NCBI GenBank assembly: GCA_050694575.1
Contig: JBOGXL010000075.1
Span: 1 to 50,443 of the forward strand
DNA: 50,443 bases
DNA from: Actinomycetota bacterium
GTDB lineage: Bacteria; Actinomycetota; JAICYB01
Direction of reading: 5' to 3'
A model generated the notes under the pieces. It saw nothing but the letters and a program-made list of their open reading frames with translations. It was not told where the DNA came from and made no database searches. A program made the position numbers and the translations under genes. Positions 34,871 through 43,228 of the stretch are shown one piece after another. Every line of letters begins with the position of its first letter. The stretch's first letter is position 1.

Positions 34871-36310
34871 CTAGGATACCGCCGCGCGCCGACGCCTGGC
34901 CCTCGCTGCGGCGACGGCCGCCGCCACGGTGATCGCCCACGTTGCCTCCGCAGAGACGAAGAGGCTCTCGGAGACGTTCGTCACGAGGGCGAACACGATG
35001 AAGACCAGGGGCCAGAGGCTCGCTCCGTTGCGTCCCTCCCACGCGAAGCGGAAGGTCCTCCACAACGCCATGGCAACGAACGCCATGAACAACCCGAAGC
35101 CGATCCAGCCCGTCGAGATCAGAACCTCCAGGTAACCGCTGTGCGATGAGTACGGAAACTTCCCGTACGCCGTCTGGGCAACGGCGATGGTCGGTGGATG
35201 GGCCCAGATCGCTTCGAACCCCCATCCCCTCCACGGCTGCATGCGCACGTAGTAGCCAACGACCGACCACATGAGCGTGCGACCCGAGAGCCTCGTGCTG
35301 CGGTCCAGCCAATCCACGATGACGCTCCAGTTCCATTGGACGATCAGCGCCAAGTACCCGGTGACGAGACCGACCGCGAAAGCGCCCGCCGATGGATTGA
35401 GGGCTCGCGTCGTGGCCTTGCGCACGAGGAGCAACGGCACACCTACCGCCGCCGCCGCCCCCAGGGCGACCCACGGCGTGCGCGATCCCGACCTGAGCAG
35501 GAGGAAGAGCTGCAGCACGCCGATGACGATGAGGAAGACGCGGCGACGTCTCGGGACCGTCGTCCACAGGAAGGGCAGCGATACGAGCCCTATCGCCATC
35601 GCGTGGCCGAGGAGGTTCCTGTTGACGTATGCACCCGACCACAGTCCTTCGACCCGGTTCGTGGCCAAAGCCCTATCGGGCCACGCGAGGAGGGCAACGA
35701 CGCTGACCAGCGCGCCGATGGCCGCCGCGGCACCGACGATCCCCACGATGTCCTTCACGGCGTAGCGCTCGCCGAGATACCAGCCGAAGATCGCCGTTCC
35801 GCCGAAGAACGCCACACGCCACAACGACACCCCCGGCTCGATCGACCACGTCACCGACGCGACCGCCCACGCCAGGAACATGAGCAGGAACGGCTGGCGC
35901 AGAAGCGTCCTCGGATCGCACCTGCGCGCGGCGATCACGTAGATCGCCAGCAGGAGAGCCGCAAAGGTGACTCGGAGGATGGCATCGTCCGGCCAGATGC
36001 CCGTCGCGCGCTCGAGATCGAAGAGCTCGGCCACTCGCTCGCGGTAGAACAGGACGGGCGATCGGCCGAGCATGAAGAGCGCAACGACGGCCAATCCCCA
36101 CTCCCACCCGGACGCCTGCCGACGCGCCCGAGGAAGGTCCCGCCCTGTACCGACGGGACGAGCTTTTCCCCGACGACCCCGACGCCGCCCGGGGACGGCC
36201 GTGGATCCGACGACGGGCAGGTCCGTCGTCTTCTCCGCCACGTTTGAGGCCACGGCCCATTTTCGCGTCCTCGGGGCCTCCGGTGACGGAACCGCCTCCG
36301 GGACGCGCAT
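34871..36310 (-). CDS. O-antigen ligase/polymerase-like (Wzy_C family) membrane protein
   Basis: ORF 34871..36454 trimmed to ATG 36310. It has about 11 TM helices with a LLRSGSRTPWVALG-type loop motif. It ends 22 nt upstream of the large GT gene. The start is uncertain. Confidence 0.82.
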   Translation of the reverse strand: MRVPEAVPSPEAPRTRKWAVASNVAEKTTDLPVVGSTAVPGRRRGRRGKARPVGTGRDLPRARRQASGWEWGLAVVALFMLGRSPVLFYRERVAELFDLERATGIWPDDAILRVTFAALLLAIYVIAARRCDPRTLLRQPFLLMFLAWAVASVTWSIEPGVSLWRVAFFGGTAIFGWYLGERYAVKDIVGIVGAAAAIGALVSVVALLAWPDRALATNRVEGLWSGAYVNRNLLGHAMAIGLVSLPFLWTTVPRRRRVFLIVIGVLQLFLLLRSGSRTPWVALGAAAAVGVPLLLVRKATTRALNPSAGAFAVGLVTGYLALIVQWNWSVIVDWLDRSTRLSGRTLMWSVVGYYVRMQPWRGWGFEAIWAHPPTIAVAQTAYGKFPYSSHSGYLEVLISTGWIGFGLFMAFVAMALWRTFRFAWEGRNGASLWPLVFIVFALVTNVSESLFVSAEATWAITVAAAVAAARARRRRAAVS

Positions 36311-36329
36311 GTGACAGTCGCGGTGGTGT

Positions 36330-37595
36330 ATGTTCTGCGCCCCTATGGAGGTCAGGGACACCGCTAAGCCTGCGGCCTGGAGGGAGGAAGGCAACGCCTT
36401 CCCCTTCGACCCACGCGACCCGGTCTTCCGAGCCGATCCGTACCCGACGTACAACGAGCTTCGGGAGACGCGTCCCGTCCTGCCCAGCCCCCTGGGCCTG
36501 CTGGTGCTTTCACGCCACCGCGACTGCGTCGCGCTCCTCCATCACCCCACGACCTCGGTCGACCAGCGCAACTCCACGCTCTTCCAAGCATTCGTACAGA
36601 ACCTCGATTCGGATCCCTTCGAGGGCCGAGAGCCGTCGTTCCTCTTCCTCGACCCGCCCGATCACACGAGGCTCCGCGGCCTGGTCAGTCATGCGTTCAC
36701 CCCGCGCCGCGTGCGTGATCTCGGCCCCCGGATCCAGGAGATAGTCGACGAGCTCGTCGATGCGGGTCTCGAGAGAGGCGAGATGGAGCTCATCGAGGAG
36801 CTCGCCTATCTCGTCCCGGTCCGTGTGATCTGTGAGCTGCTCGGCGTTCCTCCCTCCGATCACGGGGTGTTCAAGGACTGGTCGCGCCAAGCCGCGCGGG
36901 GTCTCGACCCCGACTTCATGATCCCGGACGACACGCGCCATGAGATGCTGCGCGCCGGCGAGGAGCTCCGCGCATATTTCGAGCGGCTGGTGGCCGAGCG
37001 TACGCGTGAGCCCGGTGACGACATGCTCAGCGCGCTCATCCATGCCGAGCAAGAGGGCGACAAGCTGACCCACGGCGAGCTGCTCTCGACGCTCGGCTTG
37101 TTGCTCATCGCGGGCCACGAAACCACCGTCAACCTGATAGGCAACAGCCTCCTGCAACTGTCGCGGCACCCGGCCCAGTACGCGAAGCTGCTCGCAGATC
37201 CATCGCTGGGCCGCAGCGCGGTCGAGGAGACGCTCCGCTTCGACCCGCCAGTGCAGATCACCGGTCGCATCGCGATGATGGACATGCACTTCGACGGCGA
37301 GACTCTGACCAGTGGGTCCCAAGCGATCTGTGTGATAGGTGCCGCGAATCGGGATCCCGAGGAGTTCGGCGACACGGCTGCCGACTTCGACATCACTCGG
37401 TCCCCCAACAACCACGTCGCGTTCGGCGCGGGGATCCACTTCTGTCTCGGCGCGCCTCTGGCTCGTATGGAAGGCCAGATCACTCTCGAGACCTTCGCAC
37501 GCCGCGTCGGAGGCTACGAGCTCACAGACGAGCCGGGCTATCGCGAGAACTTCGTCTTACGAGGATTGAGTAAGCTACCGGTCGCATTCACGTAA
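36330..37595 (+). CDS. Cytochrome P450
   Basis: The heme-binding loop is FGAGIHFCLGAPLAR, the I-helix is AGHETT and the ExxR motif is EETLR. The alternative start is ATG 36345. Confidence 0.92.
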   Translation: MFCAPMEVRDTAKPAAWREEGNAFPFDPRDPVFRADPYPTYNELRETRPVLPSPLGLLVLSRHRDCVALLHHPTTSVDQRNSTLFQAFVQNLDSDPFEGREPSFLFLDPPDHTRLRGLVSHAFTPRRVRDLGPRIQEIVDELVDAGLERGEMELIEELAYLVPVRVICELLGVPPSDHGVFKDWSRQAARGLDPDFMIPDDTRHEMLRAGEELRAYFERLVAERTREPGDDMLSALIHAEQEGDKLTHGELLSTLGLLLIAGHETTVNLIGNSLLQLSRHPAQYAKLLADPSLGRSAVEETLRFDPPVQITGRIAMMDMHFDGETLTSGSQAICVIGAANRDPEEFGDTAADFDITRSPNNHVAFGAGIHFCLGAPLARMEGQITLETFARRVGGYELTDEPGYRENFVLRGLSKLPVAFT

Positions 37596-37656
37596 AAGGC
37601 GGGGAGTAGCACGCATGAAGCGTGCGGTCCCCCCGCTCGGACAAGGAGGTAGAAGG

Positions 37657-38046
37657 ATGGCGCTCGAGTTCCTGTCGGACGAGTGGTTCGCCGAAGCGAA
37701 GAAGATCCGCGATGAGGTGAACCCACCTGCAGCGACCGGCCCGGCGGCCGACATGAGGATCAATATCGTCGTCACGGGCGGACCTGCCGGCGACAAAGAG
37801 ATCCACTCCGCGGCGGGTGAGTTCGGCGAAGGCCTGATCGCGGACGCACCGACGAAGCTCACGGTTCCCTATGAGGTGGCGAAGAAGGTGTTCATCGAGC
37901 GCGACCAGCAGGCCGGCATGCAGGCATTCATGCAGGGCCAGATCAAGGTCGAAGGTGACATGTCCAAGCTCATGGCCATGCAGACGGTTCAACCGTCGGC
38001 CGAGGAGCAGGAGATCCTCAAAAGGATCGCCGAGTTGACGGACTAG
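37657..38046 (+). CDS. SCP2 sterol/lipid-binding domain protein
   Basis: ORF 37615..38046 trimmed to ATG 37657, which follows an AAGGAGG SD. The SCP2 pattern is MQAFMQGQIKVEGDMSKLMAM. Confidence 0.84.
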   Translation: MALEFLSDEWFAEAKKIRDEVNPPAATGPAADMRINIVVTGGPAGDKEIHSAAGEFGEGLIADAPTKLTVPYEVAKKVFIERDQQAGMQAFMQGQIKVEGDMSKLMAMQTVQPSAEEQEILKRIAELTD

Positions 38047-38064
38047 CCACACGCACGATCCATC

Positions 38065-38092
38065 ACAAGGCGCCGCCCGAGCGGCGCCTTGT
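38065..38092 (+). terminator. Intrinsic terminator-like hairpin after the SCP2 gene
   Basis: There is a perfect 12-bp stem, ACAAGGCGCCGC-CCGA-GCGGCGCCTTGT, followed by GTATTTCA. Confidence 0.6.
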
Positions 38093-38100
38093 GTATTTCA

Positions 38101-38106
38101 TAGAGT
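38101..38106 (+). promoter_or_regulatory. Candidate -10 box (TAGAGT), leaderless thioesterase gene
   Basis: TAGAGT lies 6 nt upstream of ATG 38113. Confidence 0.45.
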
Positions 38107-38112
38107 CTGGAA

Positions 38113-38808
38113 ATGAACAGCCCGCCCAGCAACATCAATGAGCTTCGCCGCTTCGCGGCAGGCCTGCGTCGGATCATCGAACGGCTCGCGCTCGTCGATG
38201 CACCGACGGACGCGCTGGCCACGGCGGCCGACACCGCCGCCGCGTTCGCCGACCGAATGGACGAGGAATTCCCCAAAAGACGGTCCTGGTACGAGCTCGC
38301 GGAGACGGCCGTTGGGGAGATCGCCGACATCCCGGAGTCGGCTGAGTCCAGAGCCGAGAACGGGTTCTTCGATCGCAGCCCGATCGTCGGCCTGTCGAAC
38401 CCGCTCGCCGCTCCCCTGTCGCTCGAGATGGGCGAGGAGGCCGGGCGACGCCACGTCGTCGGTCGCGTCCAGTTCAACGCCGCGTACGAGGGACCGCCCG
38501 GCAACGTGCACGGAGGGATGGTCGCGGCCTCGTGGGACGAAGTCCTCGGTATGGCCCAGTCGCTATCGGGTCAAGCGGGGTTCACCGGAACGCTCACCAT
38601 CCGGTACCGCAGTCCCACTCCCCTGTACGAGCCGCTCGTGTTCAAGGCGTGGGTCTCCAAGGTCGAAGGCAGGAAGATCTTCACCGCCGGCACGTGTCAC
38701 GCGGGGGAGAGACTTACGTCGGAGGCCGAGGCGATCTTCGTGACGGTGGACCGCGAGCGCTTCGAGGCGTTGCTCCGCGAACGGGCCGAGCGCGAGGGCC
38801 GAGCCTAG
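38113..38808 (+). CDS. PaaI-family (hotdog fold) thioesterase with N-terminal helical extension
   Basis: The C-terminal hotdog domain contains GPPGNVHGGMVAASWDEVLG. An N-terminal region of about 100 aa has no recognised domain. Confidence 0.84.
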   Translation: MNSPPSNINELRRFAAGLRRIIERLALVDAPTDALATAADTAAAFADRMDEEFPKRRSWYELAETAVGEIADIPESAESRAENGFFDRSPIVGLSNPLAAPLSLEMGEEAGRRHVVGRVQFNAAYEGPPGNVHGGMVAASWDEVLGMAQSLSGQAGFTGTLTIRYRSPTPLYEPLVFKAWVSKVEGRKIFTAGTCHAGERLTSEAEAIFVTVDRERFEALLRERAEREGRA

Positions 38809-38927
38809 CGACCGGCGCAGCAACCAACAAGCGCAGTACGGCTAGCGTGAACCTCCCGACGGACGCACGACATGACGCCAACCCTTCGGTCGTGAACGAA
38901 ACAGGGACGCCGGGTTACGCCGAAGCG

Positions 38928-40322
38928 TCAGCGCCCGTAGCGAGCGCCCGACGCCGTGGACGTCTTGTTGAGGCGCTTGCCGAGATGCAGACCCTCGAGG
39001 ATGAGCTCGAGAGCTCCGGCGGTCGTGGCCGGCGACTCCCCGGCCTCGAGCTTCTGCAGCGCCCGCGCCATACCCTTCAGGTCCCCGAACTGACGGCAGA
39101 ACTCCTCGGCCCCCATCTGCGCGGATGTATCGACGGACAGGCCCTCGTCGTCGAAGCGCTGGATGAGCTCGGTGAAGGCCTCGCCGCGCATCTCTCGCTG
39201 GAAGACGGCGAAGACCGCCTGCCGGACGAGCTTGCCGAGGATGTCTCCTTCACGACCCTCCTCGAGGGCCTCGACCTCGATCTTGCCCAGCGTGGACGAA
39301 TCTACGGTCTCGAGGTCGGAGATCCGCGGAACCGCTTCCGTCTCGCCGAGGCGCACGGCCCGCTTGATCGCCGAGGCACCCACGGTCTCGGCGTTGCAGA
39401 TCGAAAGCCGGACGGACACACCGGATCGCTGGTTCACCTGGGGCGAGCGGCGCGCCTGGTGGGTGAGCTCCGCGATCACTTCCTTCATGTAGGCCGGGAA
39501 CCGCACCGGGACGCCGACGTCCAGCGGTGTGGACTCCTGGTCCAGGATCGCGACCTCTTCGTCGACCGACTGCGGGTAGTGCGTGCGCACCTGGGCGCCG
39601 AACCGGTCCTTCAGCGGTGTGATGATCCGGCCGCGGTTCGTGTAGTCCTCGGGGTTGGCCGAAGCACAGAGGAAGATGTCGAGCGGCAGACGGATCTTGT
39701 AGCCGCGGATCTGGATGTCCCGCTCTTCGAGCAGGTTGAGCAAAGCAACCTGGATGCGCTCGGCAAGATCCGGCAGCTCGTTGATCGCGAACACGCCGCG
39801 GTTGGTCCGCGGGATCAGCCCGTAGTGGATGGTCAGCTCGTCGGCGAGGTAGCGGCCTTCGGCCACCTTGATCGGGTCGACCTCACCGATCAGGTCGGCG
39901 ACGGAGATGTCGGGGGTCGCCAGCTTCTCGGCGTACCGGTCCCGCGGTGTAAGCCACACGACGGGGGCTTCGTCGCCGTGCTCGGCGATGGCGTGCCGGC
40001 ACGCCGCGCAGATGGGGGCAAACGGGTCGTCGGAGATCTCGCACCCGGCCATGGCCGGCACCTCGTCATCGAGGAGCTTCGTGAGGTCGCGCATGATGCG
40101 CGACTTCGCCTGTCCGCGCTCGCCGAGGAAGATCATGTCGTGGCCGGCGAGGATCGCGTTCTCGACGGCCGGAACCACCGTCTCGTCGTAGCCGATGATG
40201 CCCTCGAAGACCGGTTCGCCGCTACGGAGCTTCTCCACGAGGTTGTCGCGGAGCTCCCGTCGGACCGAGCGCGTTCGGTAGCCCGACTCCCGCAGCCGAC
40301 CGATCGTAGCTGGTTTGGACAC
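38928..40322 (-). CDS. AAA+ ATPase, Mg-chelatase ChlI-like (often annotated as sigma-54 interaction domain protein)
   Basis: ORF 38928..40367 trimmed to GTG 40322, which follows a GGAGGAAA SD. Walker A is GERGQAKS and Walker B is VFAINELPDL. Further motifs are LLNLLEERDIQIRGY and ASANPEDY. Confidence 0.86.
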   Translation of the reverse strand: MSKPATIGRLRESGYRTRSVRRELRDNLVEKLRSGEPVFEGIIGYDETVVPAVENAILAGHDMIFLGERGQAKSRIMRDLTKLLDDEVPAMAGCEISDDPFAPICAACRHAIAEHGDEAPVVWLTPRDRYAEKLATPDISVADLIGEVDPIKVAEGRYLADELTIHYGLIPRTNRGVFAINELPDLAERIQVALLNLLEERDIQIRGYKIRLPLDIFLCASANPEDYTNRGRIITPLKDRFGAQVRTHYPQSVDEEVAILDQESTPLDVGVPVRFPAYMKEVIAELTHQARRSPQVNQRSGVSVRLSICNAETVGASAIKRAVRLGETEAVPRISDLETVDSSTLGKIEVEALEEGREGDILGKLVRQAVFAVFQREMRGEAFTELIQRFDDEGLSVDTSAQMGAEEFCRQFGDLKGMARALQKLEAGESPATTAGALELILEGLHLGKRLNKTSTASGARYGR

Positions 40323-40408
40323 GTGGTTTTCCTCCGGCTTTGCGTTTCGGACGCACGAGGCAGCCATCAGTATAGTGAGGGCACCCAGACCCCTACGGAG
40401 GTGTGTGG

Positions 40409-40702
40409 ATGGCGTATGTGATCTGCGAGCCCTGCGTCGACATCAAGGACCGGGCTTGTGTCGAGGAGTGCCCCGTGGACTGCATCTACGAGGGCGAACG
40501 CATGCTCTACATCCATCCCACCGAATGCGTCGACTGCGACGCGTGCATGCCGGTCTGCCCTGTGGACGCGATCTTCCCGGCCGACGACGTCCCCGGCGAG
40601 TGGCGCGAGTACATCGAGATCAACTCGAAGTTCTTCGAGGAAAACTCGGATGCGCAGGGCGGCGCCTCGCAGAGTCCGTACGCCCCCGCCCTCGAGGGTT
40701 GA
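40409..40702 (+). CDS. fdxA: 7Fe ferredoxin (3Fe-4S + 4Fe-4S, FdxA type)
   Basis: [29 protein letters not shown]...[24 protein letters not shown] precedes ATG 40409. Confidence 0.9.
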   Translation: MAYVICEPCVDIKDRACVEECPVDCIYEGERMLYIHPTECVDCDACMPVCPVDAIFPADDVPGEWREYIEINSKFFEENSDAQGGASQSPYAPALEG

Positions 40703-40914
40703 CTCCCCACTCCATCAAGCCGACCGATGTGGGCAAGCGCATCACCATCCAATACTTCGACGATGAAGGCAACCGTCACGAGGTAGTCGGGATGTTCGAG
40801 CGGACCGAGGTCAGGGACGGCGAGCCGATCCTCCACGTGCGGCGGCGCGACGACTCGGTCGTCTCCGTGCGCATCGGGCGGATCAAAGCGGGCCGGGTCG
40901 TCCCGCAGCGCTGA
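40699..40914 (+). CDS. Small beta-rich hypothetical protein (71 aa), translationally coupled to fdxA
   Basis: TTG 40699 overlaps the fdxA stop (TTGA). GC3 is high ([27 protein letters not shown]...[13 protein letters not shown]). The alternative start is the GTG at the VGKRI position. Confidence 0.55.
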   Translation: MTPHSIKPTDVGKRITIQYFDDEGNRHEVVGMFERTEVRDGEPILHVRRRDDSVVSVRIGRIKAGRVVPQR

Positions 40915-41549
40915 TGCCGAAGACACGCCAGCAACGGCGCGCCCGAGCACGGAGCCCCCTCAAGCAAAGGCGCCGGGGAGGCTTGGCCTTCGTCGTCTTC
41001 ATCCTTCTCGTCGTCTTCGGCGGGGGGTATCTCGTCACGCTGTTCCGGACGAATCCACCACCGCTGACGCGCGGTGCCTCGGCCGGCGAGCACTGGCACG
41101 CTTCGTATCGCATCTACCTCTGCGGGAAGCGCGTGACGAACTACCCGAGCATCGCAGGCGAGATCCACTCCCACGGTGACGGCTTCATTCACATCCACCC
41201 GTCCACGCCTCAGTTCTCGGGCGACAACGCGACGCTGGGGACGTACTTGCGTCTCTACGAGACGGGGATCGGACAGATCTCCGGGAAGACGACCTTGATC
41301 TTCCCGGACGGGAAGAAGTACGAGGACGGCGGACGGTGTCCCGGGAGCCGCGAGCGCCACAACGTAGAGGTGCTCAACAAGGGCAAGCCCGTCGAGGGCG
41401 ATCCCGGCTCGTTCCTCCCCCACGAAGGCGACGCGATAGTGATCCGCTTCGGCGAGGAGGGCGAGGACCCCTTCCCGAACCCCTACTCCGAGTCCAAGGG
41501 CCTGCCGGATGCCGGCGTCGGCCCGGGCGAGCAGCCCGCGCCCGATTAG
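40914..41549 (+). CDS. Membrane-anchored extracytoplasmic His-rich hypothetical protein
   Basis: The ATG overlaps the upstream stop (TGATG). It has a basic N-terminus plus a TM helix. His clusters are EHWHASYRIYLCG and IHSHGDGFIHIHPS. Confidence 0.7.
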   Translation: MPKTRQQRRARARSPLKQRRRGGLAFVVFILLVVFGGGYLVTLFRTNPPPLTRGASAGEHWHASYRIYLCGKRVTNYPSIAGEIHSHGDGFIHIHPSTPQFSGDNATLGTYLRLYETGIGQISGKTTLIFPDGKKYEDGGRCPGSRERHNVEVLNKGKPVEGDPGSFLPHEGDAIVIRFGEEGEDPFPNPYSESKGLPDAGVGPGEQPAPD

Positions 41550-42571
41550 GCTGCTTCGTTCTCCATCTTCTCGGAGTACTTGCCGAAGCGCGCAGCACCG
41601 TTGCAGCGCGCGCGGTGAGCGAGCGCCTGCTGCGCCGCCTCGACGTTGGACGGCTCGCCCTTCCACTCCTTGAGGGCCGGTGCCTGCAACGCGCGGCCAT
41701 AGGAGAAGGACAACTCCCACGGGTGCGGCCCCATCTTGTTCATCTCGTTGAGGTGCACGGTGGCGGGAACGTCGTCTTGGCCCCCGGAGAGGAACACGAT
41801 GCCGGGCACGGCCGGCGGGACGCTGTTCCGGAAGCAACGGATCGTGGTCCGAGCGATCTCCTCTGAACCTGCCTGCTGCGCGGCGTTGCGCCCGGGCAGC
41901 ACCATATTCGTCTTGAGGAGCGCGCCCTCCAGCACGACCCGATGCTCGTGGAGCTGCTGGAACAACGCGCGGAGGGTGCCCAGCGTGGCGTCGTAGCAGC
42001 GGTCGATCGAGTGGTGGCCGTCCATCATCACTTCCGGCTCGACGATCGGCACCATCCCCGCCTCTTGCGTCAGCGCCGCGAAGCGAGCCAGCGCGTGGGC
42101 ATTCGCGTCGATGCAGAACTGCGTCGGGATGGTCGGACCGATGTTGACGACGGCGCGCCACTTCGTGAACCGGGCGCCGCGCTCACCGTATCCGGCGAGT
42201 CGCTCGCGCAATCCGTCCAGACCCTCGGTGATCTGCTCGTCGTCGAAACCGGCTAGGGGTTTGGCTCCCGTGTCGACCTTGATGCCGGGGATGATCCCGT
42301 TCTGCTCGAGGACCTTCGTGAACGGCGTGCCGTCGGCCAAGCCCTGCCTGATCGTCTCGTCGTAGAGGATCACGCCCGAGATGTGCTCGCCAAGACCGGG
42401 CGTCGTGAACAACATGTCGCGATAAGCGCGCCGGTTCTCCTCTGTGGACTCGAGGTTGATCGAGTCGAATCGCTTCTTGATGGTGCCGGAGCTCTCGTCG
42501 GCGGCGAGGATGCCTTTTCCCGGCGCGACGAGCGCGCGGGCCGTCTCCTCGAGGTGCGCGTAGTGTCCCAT
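41546..42571 (-). CDS. Class I fructose-bisphosphate aldolase
   Basis: GKGILAADESSGTIKKRF...GIIPGIKVD..., with the typical class I FBA Schiff-base lysine context. An AAGGAG SD is present. Its stop overlaps the stop of the convergent gene (TTAG). Confidence 0.92.
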   Translation of the reverse strand: MGHYAHLEETARALVAPGKGILAADESSGTIKKRFDSINLESTEENRRAYRDMLFTTPGLGEHISGVILYDETIRQGLADGTPFTKVLEQNGIIPGIKVDTGAKPLAGFDDEQITEGLDGLRERLAGYGERGARFTKWRAVVNIGPTIPTQFCIDANAHALARFAALTQEAGMVPIVEPEVMMDGHHSIDRCYDATLGTLRALFQQLHEHRVVLEGALLKTNMVLPGRNAAQQAGSEEIARTTIRCFRNSVPPAVPGIVFLSGGQDDVPATVHLNEMNKMGPHPWELSFSYGRALQAPALKEWKGEPSNVEAAQQALAHRARCNGAARFGKYSEKMENEAA

Positions 42572-42818
42572 GGCTGTCTCCTTTTCGCTCCGTCGGCGCT
42601 CACACGACGCACATCATTATCACGCCGTGAGGTTTGCGCAGGTAACGGGCCATTGACCCTCTAGATCACCCGACCTAGACTTCGAGATACCTGGGCGGTC
42701 AGTCGGGCGGTTCTCGCTGATCCCCGGACGGAGGGCCGGCGGCGCCCACTAGGGCGCGTGACGCTACGAGCCTCGTCCAGCCGGGGTACGCGGGGAGGAA
42801 AGCTTCCCGAGGGGCCGC

Positions 42819-43019
42819 TCAGGCCGTGTCCGGGGGCGTTTCGGTGGATGTCCCGGCCGGCTTGTTCCCTTCGGAGCTTGCCTTCTCGGCGTGACCCTTC
42901 TGGAACTCGTCGCGCGCCTCGCGCATGCTCCGCGCGAGCTTCGGGAGCCGAGCGGCGCCGAACAGCAGCAGCACGACCAGCAGGATGAGCAGGAACTCTT
43001 GGCCGCCGAAGAACCTCAT
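42819..43019 (-). CDS. tatA: Twin-arginine translocase subunit TatA/E family
   Basis: This 66-aa protein reads FGGQEFLLILLVVLLLFGAARLPKLARSMREARDEFQKG. A GGAGG SD lies 8 nt upstream. Confidence 0.88.
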   Translation of the reverse strand: MRFFGGQEFLLILLVVLLLFGAARLPKLARSMREARDEFQKGHAEKASSEGNKPAGTSTETPPDTA

Positions 43020-43040
43020 GATGCCGACCTCCTTCGTTTA

Positions 43041-43130
43041 CAGGGGCGCGCTACGCGCGATCCTGACGTCACAGGCGCGCTACGCGCGATCCTGACGTCA
43101 CAGGCGCGCTACGCGCGATCCTTCAGGTCC
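43041..43130. repeat. Tandem direct repeat, about 2.8 copies of a 29-31 nt unit
   Basis: The unit is CAGG(GG)CGCGCTACGCGCGATCCTGACGTCA, at 43041-43071 and 43072-43100, with a degenerate third copy from 43101. Each unit carries GCGCG-CTA-CGCGC and the 8-bp palindrome TGACGTCA (43064-43071 and 43093-43100). Confidence 0.85.
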
Positions 43131-43228
43131 ACGATACCGCTCCCGGTGCAGGCCCACCCTCACGGGGGCACCGAGGTCCTCTGCTATTTTGTAGGCAACC
43201 GTTGGATTTAGAAGATACTGAGGCCCCA

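Noticed and set aside
30440-38860. Possible att-like direct repeats flanking the 8.5 kb cassette (CAACCA...GTACGG near 30455-30471 and near 38823-38843).
   Set aside because: Only two short blocks of about 6 nt match, with different spacing. That is well within chance for GC-rich DNA, and there is no integrase or tRNA.
38532-40421. A 629-aa plus-strand ORF.
   Set aside because: It is a shadow ORF antisense to the ChlI-like ATPase. It also overlaps the end of the PaaI thioesterase gene out of frame, and no motifs are recognisable.
43041-43130. The tandem repeat as a mini-CRISPR array, or TGACGTCA as a CRP/CRE-type site.
   Set aside because: The repeats are directly adjacent with no spacers, and there are no cas genes. 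I cannot assign TGACGTCA to any specific bacterial regulator from sequence alone, so no regulator is named.
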